From the NCBI GenBank assembly GCA_009859145.1, contig VRVR01000034.1, forward strand, positions 5,305-69,304: a stretch of 64,000 nucleotides of DNA, written 5' to 3'. The notes beneath the pieces were generated by a model. It had not been told where the DNA came from. It saw nothing but the letters and a program-made list of their open reading frames with translations, and searched no databases. The position numbers and the translations under genes are program-made. Each line of letters begins with the position of its first letter. The first letter of the stretch is position 1. This DNA is from Andalucia godoyi And28. Taxonomy: Eukaryota; Protista; Jakobida. This document shows, in pieces, positions 1 through 11,100 of this stretch.

Positions 1-770
1 AACATGAAAACGGACTTCCCGCCTGACAGTCCCAAGAGACGACTGTCAAAAACTTGGATACGACCATCGCGCGTGGCCGACGCAAAAACGCTATTGCCAA
101 ACGTCTTGGCAAACGATAAATAATTCAAACTATTGATAAAATTCTGCTGATTGTGCGAATCGGGGCTGGTAAGCTTGCTGGTACGAAATTTGAGTGTACC
201 AGACTGTCGATCCCAGCCGACAATTTCCTCGGACATGCAGCCGGAGATCAGCAATTTGTCGTGATATGCCAGCGCGCGGATCCAGTTGGAATGATGTTTT
301 AGGACCTCGACTTGCCGGCCATTTCTCCACAGGCGAATGGTCTTGTCCAGCGAGCCCGTGAAAAACCCCAACTCCTCCGGGTCGCAATCTGGGTCCCATA
401 GCACCTCGGTCACTGTTTCTTGATGCACAGGGAACGATGTAACCTTTTTCCCTGTAAAGGAGTCTATCACATACAAATCGGTATCGACAGTGAACGCAAT
501 CATCGAGCAATCCGGGCTCCACCGAGAACAAAACAGCCCGTGCGTGTCGAGAGTGATGTGAGCAGGCCGACGTGGCCAGGACGCCACGTTTGTGTGATCT
601 CGATATGCTCCACTTTCCTTGCATGCTGTGGCAACCTGTCCACGGTTCACCACAACGAGTCCTTTCTGTGAAGAAAAATCGGGGAAACACGCGTAGTCCA
701 AAACCATATGCCGGGCAAAAGCAGGATGCTCCAGCCGAGATCTGGAATCATGCGAATCCAGCAGCCGCAT
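1..770 (-). CDS. WD40-repeat protein, partial (3' end runs off the left edge)
   Basis: Manual translation of an open minus frame from ATG 770 to the window edge: MRLLDSHDSRSRLEHPA...GFFTGSLDKTIRLWRNGRQVEVLKHHSNWIRALAYHDKLLISGC...FASATRDGRIQVFDSR. These are typical WD40 motifs. The frame has no stop inside the window, which is probably why the ORF track omits it. Confidence 0.8.
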   Translation of the reverse strand, partial: MRLLDSHDSRSRLEHPAFARHMVLDYACFPDFSSQKGLVVVNRGQVATACKESGAYRDHTNVASWPRRPAHITLDTHGLFCSRWSPDCSMIAFTVDTDLYVIDSFTGKKVTSFPVHQETVTEVLWDPDCDPEELGFFTGSLDKTIRLWRNGRQVEVLKHHSNWIRALAYHDKLLISGCMSEEIVGWDRQSGTLKFRTSKLTSPDSHNQQNFINSLNYLSFAKTFGNSVFASATRDGRIQVFDSRLLGLSGGKSVFM

Positions 771-907
771 TTTTTTTTTTTTTTTTTTTGCGTGTTCCCA
801 AGTTTCTGTGTGCAGTAATCACGAGTATACAGAGAAGATTGAGAACAATGGAAAGAAGGCAATTTAAAACAGTACAGACTTTCCTCTTATTATTATTATG
901 TTTAATT

Positions 908-909
908 CA

Positions 910-944
<35 letters not shown>

Positions 945-950
945 TAATAA
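908..950. repeat. (AAT)n microsatellite
   Basis: Direct: aataataataat... run with one gat variant, intergenic. Confidence 0.9.
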
Positions 951-1389
951 CGAAAAAGGAAGAAGAAAAATGCTGGCAGCGTGGAACGGGGTTTCGTATC
1001 TTGTTGTTGCCGATCGAGAAAAGAAAAAAAGATACATATTGTTTTGCGCCCTTCGTTGCGGAGCACCTACGGCAGTCGTACTAGAATCGGTAAGCGAACC
1101 CTTGCGTGCGCTGTTTCCGCAGCGAGTGACCTTCCACTAGGCACAAGAAAAAGATTGGTGGAATCGCTCGGTGAACTGCGTCGTCAGCTTAGCTTTAACG
1201 TCCGGGGGACTTGAGTACTGTGGAAGGGGTGGAGGTGGGAGGGAAACAAAAAAGAAAAAAGAAGGAGATCAGCTCATTCAAGCAGCATAAGCGGAGGGGA
1301 ATTTGACGAAAAGGGGACAGGCAGCTGGAATGGAGTGCTCCTCCCCTCTCCTAATCGTGAGAAAACCTCTGGGGGCTGCGCAGTCGTAA

Positions 1390-2757
1390 CTAGTGGAAAA
1401 TTTCGTGTGCTTTTGCCATTGTCAAAAAGACAATCGTGCCAACAAGGTATGTTCCCGCAGTAATGTAAAAGATTGGATTCCAGGAACCAAAGGCATCCAA
1501 GAAAATACCGGCTCCTGCCACGCCAATGATGCCCGGAACGGTCCCTGCAGTATTTGAGAAACCGAGCAACACGGACGCATACTTTGGGGCGATGTCCAAG
1601 TGGTTCACAGCATTTCCTGCGTTGGAAAATCCCGTAAAGGTTACTGCAGCAATCACGATGGCAACCCCTGTATAGGAGTCTTCGACAAATGTTAGAGCTG
1701 TAAGCAGGAGACCCGGAACCACAAATCCAACAGTTTGGAATATCCTGCGGATCTTGAGCAGATCGGTGCCACGCCGGACAAAAACATCGGCGACACGTCC
1801 ACAACTGATGCCCATGATAAACAGGCCGATATACGGAAAAAGAGCCAGGAATCCCGCGGTTTCGATGCTGAATCCGTATCGTTGAACAAAGTACTTTGGA
1901 CACCAAGAGACCAGGACGTAGAACCCGAAGTTCGTGCAGTAGTTGCAAATAATAATGGACCACACTGCACTTGATTTCAGCAGTACTCGGTACGGAATGA
2001 TGCCTGCCCCCGCAATGCTTCGACGGTTTGCGATTCCCTGTGCCGCCACCGAATGCTTAACATATCGATTGGTTTCAGGAAAGGACGAACCAAAGCAGAC
2101 CCAGCAAGGAATCCAGAGCGCGCCTGCTGCCGCCGCCGCGAAAAACACCAATCTCCAGTTCCAGAGTTGTGCCAGCGGTGCAGATGTTGCCATTGCAATC
2201 ACAGTTCCAGCGATCACCCCCGAATAGCAGAATGCAACAACCCCCGATCTTCTCTTCTTGGATATCCACATGCTGAACATCGCATACATTGCCGGGAATG
2301 TGACGCCCTCTCCAAACCCCATTGCAAACCGAACAACAGCCAGTCCGTAAATGTTGTCACCAAAAACACCCGAAAGAAGTGTAAATACCGAGGACGCAAT
2401 CACGCCAAAAACGAAGACAGATCCACCGCCTCGCTTGTTCGCAAACACGCCACCAGGAACCTGCGTCATCACATAGCCAACGTAGAAGGATGCAAGAATG
2501 ATGCCGATTTCCGAAGAGCTCCATCCGTAGTCGTCAGACATAATGACCACCACCACAGAAATGTTAATTCTCTGGATGTACAGCACCGTAAGTCCAGACC
2601 ACAAAAGGATCGCAATCCACCGCGAATACGACACGATGAACGGATCATCCAGCGGAGATTCAACCAACGAGGCATCCGAGGACTCTTTCACAAGATCATG
2701 CTCACTCTCGCTGTATGTCAATTGCTTTCTCTCATGTTCTTCTGCACGGAGAGTCAT
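1390..2757 (-). CDS. MFS transporter, SLC17/anion:cation symporter (sialin-like)
   Basis: Motifs YIQRINISVVVV, GIILASFYVGYVMTQVPGG, RFAMGFGEGVTFPA, NHLDIAPKYASVLLGFSNTAGTVPGII and about 12 hydrophobic segments. Likely start MTLRAEE at 2757; the upstream ORF extension runs through (CT)n repeats. Confidence 0.9.
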   Translation of the reverse strand: MTLRAEEHERKQLTYSESEHDLVKESSDASLVESPLDDPFIVSYSRWIAILLWSGLTVLYIQRINISVVVVIMSDDYGWSSSEIGIILASFYVGYVMTQVPGGVFANKRGGGSVFVFGVIASSVFTLLSGVFGDNIYGLAVVRFAMGFGEGVTFPAMYAMFSMWISKKRRSGVVAFCYSGVIAGTVIAMATSAPLAQLWNWRLVFFAAAAAGALWIPCWVCFGSSFPETNRYVKHSVAAQGIANRRSIAGAGIIPYRVLLKSSAVWSIIICNYCTNFGFYVLVSWCPKYFVQRYGFSIETAGFLALFPYIGLFIMGISCGRVADVFVRRGTDLLKIRRIFQTVGFVVPGLLLTALTFVEDSYTGVAIVIAAVTFTGFSNAGNAVNHLDIAPKYASVLLGFSNTAGTVPGIIGVAGAGIFLDAFGSWNPIFYITAGTYLVGTIVFLTMAKAHEIFH

Positions 2758-3130
2758 CGACGAGGGCTTGCAGCAGAACTGAGAAAGCAAGGCTGGTGTG
2801 TGAGTATGTTGTATGTGACAACAGCGAGCGAGAGAGCGAGCGAGCAAGAGAGAGAGACAGAGACAGAGAGAGAGACAGAAAGAAAGAAAGAAAGAAGCTT
2901 TCACACGCACCGCGAGAGAACAGGGACTCGATTGCGGAAGAATCCGGTCGGTTTCCGGGCAAGGCAGTTTTATCCGACCACATTGGTGGGAAAATATGGT
3001 GTACAACCGGTGGATGAAGATTTAAATTTAAAAAAACAGCTCGAATTTCGTACACCTCGCAGGTTTGTTTATCAACATTAAACATGAAACAAACAGCATC
3101 ATAACCGGAGGCGGAGGAGAAAGAAGAAGC

Positions 3131-3285
3131 GATGGCCCCTTTGATGTAGATCAATCTGCATTGAAGAGTTGCTGCTCGTCCCCACATGAAAAACAAAACA
3201 AAAAGACATGTGGTTTGGATCTGTCTTCCGCAACAGCTTAGCCGATGATGATCAGAAACAATTCCTGTTTTTTGACGAGCGATGA
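3131..3285 (+). repeat. Dispersed degenerate repeat, copy A
   Basis: ccctttgatgtagatcaatctgcattgaagag and ggatctgtcttccgcaacagcttagccgatgat match 49751-49835 and 22272-22305. Confidence 0.75.
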
Positions 3286-3346
3286 ACTTTGTGTTTTGCA
3301 AAAAGAAAAAGGGAGGGAGAAGAACGTGCGTTATTTTATGTTGCTA

Positions 3347-4216
3347 TTATTTCTCAGAGAAAAACCTACTTTCCCTGGTTCCGGAACGCGTGGTCGGAAT
3401 CGCTGATTGCGAGTAGGCAGATGACGGTGCAACCGCGTCGCTATCCTTCTGCCGCTGGTGCTGGGGTACTGCAGGAGGACGCGATGCCAAAACCTCATGC
3501 GATTTTGAGGCACCGGCTGGATCGGTGGGGTGCTCAGAAAATCCAGGGACAATCATGTTCAGTAACTCTCTGCCGTTGTTCACCTGCTCCCATGCAGCCA
3601 CAAGCAAGGCACAGGCACCGAGCGTACCGAGGACCACCCACGATTTGCGGAGTTTGGACGATTCTTGTTCCTTTTCGCTGCGGCTGCTCATTCGCAAATC
3701 CGGATCCCATTTGACGCTTTCCGGATCCTCCTTCTTCGGATCAATATCCCAGTAAGACCGCGTCACGGTGCTGTAGTACTTGATCCCTGGGACCTCGTCG
3801 CGCTTTGGGTCCCTCGCATTCAACGATCCGATCTGACCAAGTGCCTCCATATTCTTCGAATGGATCTCCTCCTTTTTCGAAAAGGTTTCTGTCGAGTCGT
3901 AGGCTTCGGCCCCCGTTGCAGTCCAGAATGTCCTCTCTTCTGCCTTTTCAGACTCTCTTGCGCCGAACGCCGAGCGCACTTCATTGTCCGACAGTGGTTT
4001 CGAAGAGGGAAACCCCGGTTTTAGAGTTGTGTCCTCGCCTTCGGTCTTCACTTGGCCACTCCCAGGGTACACCGCAGCAATACTAGGACCCCGGGACTCT
4101 CCGGAAAGCACGCCGGCAGCCGTTTCATAGCGAGATGGTCCATCGCCGACCGAAGAAAATAGCCGGCGCAGACCCGCCGCATTCAAAGGTCTCCCAGATC
4201 GAATCAGTCTATGCAT
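3347..4216 (-). CDS. Hypothetical protein with probable mitochondrial presequence and one TM helix
   Basis: 289-aa ATG ORF. The N-terminus MHRLIRSGRPLNAAGLRRLFSS is Arg-rich with no acidic residues; hydrophobic segment WVVLGTLGACALLVAAW. No family recognised. Confidence 0.7.
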   Translation of the reverse strand: MHRLIRSGRPLNAAGLRRLFSSVGDGPSRYETAAGVLSGESRGPSIAAVYPGSGQVKTEGEDTTLKPGFPSSKPLSDNEVRSAFGARESEKAEERTFWTATGAEAYDSTETFSKKEEIHSKNMEALGQIGSLNARDPKRDEVPGIKYYSTVTRSYWDIDPKKEDPESVKWDPDLRMSSRSEKEQESSKLRKSWVVLGTLGACALLVAAWEQVNNGRELLNMIVPGFSEHPTDPAGASKSHEVLASRPPAVPQHQRQKDSDAVAPSSAYSQSAIPTTRSGTRESRFFSEK

Positions 4217-4907
4217 TGTGGTGGCGTTGATGATTCAAAAAATAGACGACGTGACAAACAAGAAATCCAGAACAGAAAGTTTGATGATGATGATGATTGT
4301 TTTTCACGCTCGGGCATAGAACGACAGAGGAAGAATGCTGAAAAGAAAAAGAGAAGAGATCTCAATCCCCTCCCACCTTCGCTGTTCGTCGGGACATCGC
4401 TTCGTTTCGTTTGGGAGGAGACCAGGAGTCCGATTCACGCTCCCCGGATAAAGTTGACGTGCTTTGGAAATTCAACTGGAAGTTCCATAAGAAACGAGTC
4501 GAACGCGCCGGTGCGATGCTTCTCTCTTCTTTTTGTGCAGCATTCGACAAACTGCCAACCAGCACGCGAGAAGAAGACCTACAGACAAAAGGCCCGTCTG
4601 TTCGCGTTCTGGCTTGGTGCTTTGGACGACAATGCAGCAAGAAACGCCAATGTTATTCTTTCTCGCGGCTCTTCCTGATCAGTGCGCTTGTCGTGCGTGC
4701 CTCAGCAGTGGAGAAATCGGGGTATTTTTCAATTTTGGGTTAAAGCTGTCTTGTCTTTGAGCGTGAAAACTGTGTGAGGCCGTTGCCTCAACTACACACT
4801 GCAGTCCAACATGCGTGGGCGGCGGAGGGCACTCGGTTCCAGCACTCGTGCTGACCGTGTCTGTGGCAAGTCAGTCTTTTATTTCCTCTTCCAAAACGGA
4901 GTAAGAA

Positions 4908-5885
4908 ATGCATCGTGCAGTATCGACATTTTCGCGAGCAGTGCAGCGTCGTCTTGCGCCGGTGCAGTGCGTCTTGCGCCGGTCATATACATCTTCGTCT
5001 GACGGCGTGTCTTCTGACAGCACGCAGTCGTCGGGGGGCCACGTGACATTTGACTCGGCAGCGGGCTTGGATTTGTTTCATCCTTCCTACTTTCCAGGAA
5101 TTTCAAACCAGCCTTTTTCAAAAGAAGTGTGCGCAGTTCTGCACGCTCCACTGAATCCCGATGCAGTGGAGATTCGTCCGGATGGTGCGATTTACCTTCC
5201 CGAGATTGAGTACCGCGCGATCTTGATCAAGGCGTTTGGCGCAGGAGGATGGGGTCTTGTCCCAAGGGGATCGTACCAGCTGGTCAATGGATATGTGTTT
5301 CGAGAATATGCCCTGTTTTGCCAAGGCCGCTATGTCTCGCAGGCGGTGGGAGAGATGCGGTGTGACGACAATGGTGGCGTCATTGGTACGTCGATCGAAG
5401 GAGCACGATCCAATGCATTGACGCGGTGCTGCAAGGACGTGGGAATTGCGGCGGAACTTTGGTCTCCTCTGTTTATTGCAGAATGGAAAGCAAAGTATGC
5501 AGCCGAGATCATGACGGACGTCCGCGGCAGATCTCGCAAGATTTGGCGGCGCCTCGATCGCGGATCGAACCTCTTGGCTGCGGAATCCGCAACAGGCGGC
5601 CACGCAGGCGTCAGTACTGCGGACAACAGCTTTGAAAGCTCGCAAAAGGCTGTGCCAGTAAAGGAAGTCAGCTCTGCCAAACCAAAGACATACATGTCTG
5701 CGGCGAACTTTGACCCGGACGCCGAAGTCCCAGCCTTTTTCAGGAAGTTGTCCGGTCGGAAATGGGGAGAGGTTCTTGTGGATCCGGAGGGTCGCAGCTA
5801 CCTCGAGTGGGCACAGGCGAATCTGAAGGACCCGGCTCGTCAGATGGCCGTCACTGCCCTTGAATGGGCACAACGCAACCTGTAG
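4908..5885 (+). CDS. MGM101: Mitochondrial genome maintenance protein Mgm101 (Rad52-like ssDNA annealing protein)
   Basis: Presequence-like N-terminus and hallmark motifs PLNPDAVEIRPDGAIYLPEIEYRAILIKAFGAGGWGLVPRG, REYALFCQGRYVSQAVGE, EGARSNALTRCCKDVGIAAELWSPLFIAEWK. Confidence 0.93.
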   Translation: MHRAVSTFSRAVQRRLAPVQCVLRRSYTSSSDGVSSDSTQSSGGHVTFDSAAGLDLFHPSYFPGISNQPFSKEVCAVLHAPLNPDAVEIRPDGAIYLPEIEYRAILIKAFGAGGWGLVPRGSYQLVNGYVFREYALFCQGRYVSQAVGEMRCDDNGGVIGTSIEGARSNALTRCCKDVGIAAELWSPLFIAEWKAKYAAEIMTDVRGRSRKIWRRLDRGSNLLAAESATGGHAGVSTADNSFESSQKAVPVKEVSSAKPKTYMSAANFDPDAEVPAFFRKLSGRKWGEVLVDPEGRSYLEWAQANLKDPARQMAVTALEWAQRNL

Positions 5886-6176
5886 CGCTTCCTTTCCATT
5901 AAACCCGTATTTCCCCCCTACACGTTCAATGAAAGGGATTTAAAAAAGTTAATTATAAAAATAAAATAAATAAAGAAATTCTTCTCCCTCAGTGTTCTGC
6001 GCATTCTCTGCACTGCAAATTTATATTTACAACAAAAATCGAAGAGTGAAAATGAATGAAAACAGATTGCTATTTTTTTGTCAAGCCAAAAAAACATGAA
6101 ATGAAATGAAATGAAAAGAAAACGAAAACGAAAAGGAAAAGAGCAAGACGGGGAGACACCCCAAGGAACAAACAGA

Positions 6177-7280
6177 CTACGCAGGAACAGCAGAGCTTTC
6201 ATTCAGAGAAAGCTTCGATTCTTTGAAACGGTGAAATGCCGTGGAGTTCATGGAGTTCTTCACAGGATCATATGTGACTTCAAAGTACTCTCCCTCGCAC
6301 GTTGTCAGGATGATTGTATTCGGATTGCTGCCAAACGCGCAGATAGCTGGCACTTCGGGTCCTTTCCAATTCGCAAAGGACCATTCCGACGAAAAATACC
6401 TTGGAAGAAACGACGATGCAAAGGAAAACATGCTCTTCTGATTTTGCACAACGTCCTCGGAACCCGAGGCGGCAGAAGACGGCTGCCTTGTCTTCACAGG
6501 GTTTACAAACAGGTGCAGCGTCCCCTTGTCCGAGTATGCGGCCAGCATTGTCCCGTCGTGACTAAATGCAATGGAATAGATATCGGCAGGTTGCGTACCG
6601 CGTCTGAGCTCCGCAATGGGAGCAGCACAGTCTGAAGACGTGTCAAAAATTCGAATGATGGTCCCTTTCTCCGAGCACGTCGCAAGCAATGACCCGTCCG
6701 GAGTCAATGCCATGAACCGTATCGCAGACTCGTGCGCCTTGAACATAATGGACTTGCGCGCAGAATAGTTCTCGACCCGCGCATACCCTACCTGTCTTGC
6801 CAGAGTTGCAAGCACGGCGTGGGACGGAGACGTGGACAGGGCCACGACACCATTGGCGTTGTCCGCAGTCGGATGCTTTGCAATGAGATCGAAGTTGTCG
6901 AAATTGTAAATAAACACATTAGACTTTGTAACAACCACAATCTTGTCTCGCCGCAACTTCACCGACAGCACAACCTCGGGAAATGTGAGCTGCCCAACAG
7001 CTGCCATCGCATGGTCGTCCCAAAAGATGACCTGATTGGGAGGGAAGGCAGGAATCGCGCCTCCGCCAACAAGCGCAAGGATATTTGTCCTGTACAACAT
7101 TTCCACAACCCCAATGCCGCCTGATGCAAACTTCCGGCCAAATTGCTCGTCAAAAGGATCGGTATTGAAGATCCGGAATCCCTCCGAGGTGCCAACCGCA
7201 AAACACCCGCCATCCTGGTTGAATCCAAGACTGAGAAATGCGCAGCCCATGCGGACATTTGGGCCTATTCTAAGCGTCAT
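6177..7280 (-). CDS. WIPI3: PROPPIN, WIPI3/WIPI4 (Hsv2/WDR45)-type
   Basis: GFNQDGGCFAVGT, LALVGGGAIPAFPPNQVIFWDD, ATCSEKGTIIRIF, lipid-binding ELRRG motif, SDKGTLHLF, FSSEWSFA. Confidence 0.88.
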   Translation of the reverse strand: MTLRIGPNVRMGCAFLSLGFNQDGGCFAVGTSEGFRIFNTDPFDEQFGRKFASGGIGVVEMLYRTNILALVGGGAIPAFPPNQVIFWDDHAMAAVGQLTFPEVVLSVKLRRDKIVVVTKSNVFIYNFDNFDLIAKHPTADNANGVVALSTSPSHAVLATLARQVGYARVENYSARKSIMFKAHESAIRFMALTPDGSLLATCSEKGTIIRIFDTSSDCAAPIAELRRGTQPADIYSIAFSHDGTMLAAYSDKGTLHLFVNPVKTRQPSSAASGSEDVVQNQKSMFSFASSFLPRYFSSEWSFANWKGPEVPAICAFGSNPNTIILTTCEGEYFEVTYDPVKNSMNSTAFHRFKESKLSLNESSAVPA

Positions 7281-8162
7281 TGTTTGATCTAGATCGGTTT
7301 TTTTTTTGTTTTTTTTTGGTTGGTTGTTGTTGTTGTTTTTTAAATAAAATTAGAAAATGACAAACCCACCGTGAAACAACGATGTGAATTGAATATACAC
7401 TGCACACAAAGCAAGACCGACGTCGTGGTACTTACCGCATCCGATGCAAAAAATAAAATAGAATGAAGCAAAAGACGGCGGATTTCGGGGACATTTTTTT
7501 CCTTTCTACCATTTCTTTTTCATTCAAAACAGAAAACAGATTCGGGAGGGGGGAAATAGGAAACGGACTCGACCACATTCAACTCGGATTGCACGCTATG
7601 CATTGCACGCGAGGAACGGGGGAAAGAGGCGACAAGTGTGCGTGTGTTGCGGATAGGTCCACGACGGCTGCCGATTGAGCAGGATCAAGTTCAGTCTTTT
7701 GGGGAAAGCCTGCAATCCTCTTCCCACATCCCGAATTTCTCTAATGCCATTAGACTCTCTTGACGCTGTCGAGAAACATCGAGGCACCCGCCCCTTTTTC
7801 CCAAATGATGGGATTTGAACCCCCCTCACCTATAATCCTCCTCTTCACTTCACTCTGTCGAAAGCTGTATTTTTCTCCTTTTCTTTGCAATTGCGATTTC
7901 GCTTCTTCTTTTCCTCCCCGGTCTTGTTTATTTTACTCTCGACCTTTTTCTGTTCAATCCGCCTCTCGTGTGTGTGTGTGTGTGTGTGTGGGTGTGCGCG
8001 CGCGTGTTTGTTCTTGTTTTATTGATTCGTCGGTGGCGGCGAGCAGTGTTGCATTTTCTCGTTCTCCTTCTCATCGGCATCGTCATCGTCATTGTTATAA
8101 GTGTTTTTATTATTATTTTTTAGTTGATCTTTTCCCCTCTCTTTTCGTTCTGCCTTGGACAA

Positions 8163-11100
8163 ATGGCCGATTCTGACAATGCAGACGACAACTGGTCGCT
8201 GTCAAACAATACAGATCCTGAAGCGTTTCCAGACGATATTGAAATGCAAGATGCAACGGGGTCTCCGACACCGCTTTCTCCTTTGCACCAACGCGATGCC
8301 CCGGGCTCGCTTATGATTGGGCCCTCTCCCGCACCCGTTCTGCAGGGTCCGCAAAGTACGATTTCACAACAAGGACTGGCAGTCGGCGAGGATTACGACG
8401 AGATTGACGACTCAAAATACTCGGGTGTGTATCTGTGCAAATCGGTGGACCCGCTCTACAAGGTCTATCGGTGGAAGATTGAACGGTTTTCACAACAGAC
8501 GGCTCTCAAGATTTTTTCGGACAAGTTCGAAGTCGGGGGCTTTCCGTGGCGACTGATGATGTTTCCGCGCGGGAACGGCTCTCCTTCTCTGTCAGCATAT
8601 TTGGAAGTGGCAGATGCTGCAGAGCAAAAGGGGGTTTGGTCCCGACGAGCAAAGTTCCTGATTGGCGTCATCCATCCGGACGACTATCGCAGGTCGAAAC
8701 ACATGGAGGCATCCAAGCTGTTTTTGCCAGAGGAGACCGACTGGGGCTTCCGCGAACTGATTGGATTTGAGGAGCTGAAGAAAGGTGGTTTTATCAGAAA
8801 TGACACGCTCGTTGTCGAAACCACGGTGGAAGTGGAACCCGTGCGAACCCCTTCGTCGACGGCGGTTGTCCTTGCAGACAAGAACGGCAGCACTCCTGTG
8901 CAGGTTTCCGAAGAGCCTCGCTATGTGGGTCTGAAGAACCAGGGTGCGACGTGCTACATGAACTCCTTGCTGCAGACCCTGTTTCATCTCCCGGATTTCA
9001 GACGAGCCGTGTATCGAATGCCGACGCTCAAGGAAGATAATCCCGAAAAGAGCGTCGCCCTTGCGCTTCAACGGGTGTTTTATCAGCTGCAATATGCGAA
9101 ACACGCGGTGGGCACAAAGCAACTTACGAAATCCTTCGGATGGGATGCTGTTGATTCGTTTATGCAGCATGACGTGCAGGAGCTTGCGCGTGTGCTGCTG
9201 GACAACTTGGAAACGAAAATGAAAGGCACCTCTGTGGAGGGCACAATCGAGCGTCTGTTCCGTGGCCGAATGAAGAACTTTATCCGGTGTGTGAATGTCG
9301 ATTTTACATCTACGCGCTCCGAGGAGTACTACGATGTGCAGCTGAATGTCAAGGACTGCAAAGCCATTGCCGACTCCTTTAAGCAGTATGTTGATATTGA
9401 AAAACTGGATGGCGACAACAAATACCACGCTGAGGGCCACGGTCTCCAAGACGCAGAGAAGGGAGTCGTATTCGAAACCTTTCCGCAGGTTCTCATGCTC
9501 CAGTTGAAACGGTTCAATTATGATTTTGTCAATGACCGCATGTACAAGATCAACGACAGGCTTGAATTTCCCCAAACGCTGGATTTGACGCCTTTTCAAG
9601 TGCAGCCGGACAACCAGTGTCTGTATGAACTCCATTCTGTGCTCGTCCATGCTGGCGATGTGCATGGCGGACACTACTATGCCTTTGTGCGGCCCACATT
9701 GGACTCGCAGTGGTACAAGTTTGACGATGATCACGTCATCGCCTCTCCAGCGAGCGAAGCCATGGATGAGAACTTCGGCGGAACGGACCGCGATCGGTCC
9801 ACGGGGCTTGGTGGTATGGCAAAGACGAGACGTTTCCAAAATAATCCTTTCCGTCGATTTGCCAACGCGTACATGTTGGTGTATGTGCGCAAATCAGACG
9901 AACCGACAATCATGGCGCCGGTCACTGCTGACGAAATCCCAGATCATCTGAAAGAGTGGTTTGATCGCGAACTCAGGGAGGAGGAAGCCAGGAGAGTAGA
10001 GAAATCAGAAGCCCATCTGTACGTGTCCATGAATGTCGTAACGCGTGCTGATTTGCAAGCGCAGGCAAAACTGGATCTCGTGGACAAGTTGGCGTCTATT
10101 GAGCCTGTTAGAGTGCGTCGAGACGCCACTTTCTCGGAGTTCAAGGAACTGGTGTCGAAGCGTTTCAGCATCCCTGTCGAAAACCAACGATATTGGAAGT
10201 TTGAGACTCGCCAAAACGAGACTTTCCGCCCCGACGTAGAAATCATTGCAGAGGACAAGCGGTCGGTGGAGAAGGTTTTCAAAGTGCAGTCTTCTTCGTA
10301 TGCATCCTATGTGGGCTCCGAGCAGCGCTTCCTGTTTGTAGAATGTGTGGAAAACTGTGCGCCGCTTTCTCGCGATCACATCATGCTGTACTTCAAGCAC
10401 TACGATCCGAGCAGGAATGAGATTACGTTTGTGCAGGAGTACGCAGTGAAGGCTTCCTCGCTAGTTGGCTCCCTGCGGTCGAAGGTTCGGGAATTCATGA
10501 ATTGGCCGGAGGACACGGAAGTATTGCTGTTTGAGGAAATGCGCATTGATCGAATTGAAGAACTGACAGACTCGAAGACGATTGTGGAGGCGGAGCTGCA
10601 ATCCGGAGACATTATTGTGTTTCAAAAAGCGGTCACGGAGTCTGAAGAGTACTTGATTCCCACCGCGGATAAGTATCTCGTCTTCCTTGCGAATCGCGTG
10701 AATGTCAAGTTTTTGCCTCTGTCGGAACCAGATGCAACTCCGTTCGAGCTTGAATTGAGTCTGAAAATGACCCACGATGAAGTTGCCGAAGTCTTGGGTC
10801 GCGCAATTGGCAAGCCTGGGTCGCATCTGCGCTTCACTGGATACTCGTCTTATTCGAACCGCCCTAAAATGGAGCCGCTGAAAAGCGAGTGTGGAACGTT
10901 GCGAGATATGCTACATGCCGGCGCTGTTGCTGCTTCTGACCGACTATTCTTTGAAGTTTTGGAGATACCTTTGCGGATCCTTGAAACCAAAAAAGTTGTC
11001 AATTTCCACTTCCTCCGCCCAGATTCTTTCGCGCTTGTTGAGTGCCGTGTGTATGTCCCAAAGACTGCAACGGTCAAGGATGTGTTTGCCGAGGCACCCC

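Noticed and set aside
7290-7438. Possible 5' UTR intron of the WIPI3 gene (GTAAGT...TAG on minus)
   Set aside because: The 3' part is A-rich with no pyrimidine tract and there is no coding constraint to confirm it; needs RNA-seq.
8592-9839. 415-aa antisense ORF inside USP7 (similar ones at 36638-37675 in PABP, 41824-43161 in NOP58, 54437-55369 in the coiled-coil gene and 2053-3081 in the MFS gene)
   Set aside because: These are shadow ORFs on the reverse strand of conserved genes, expected from codon bias, and show no recognisable domains.
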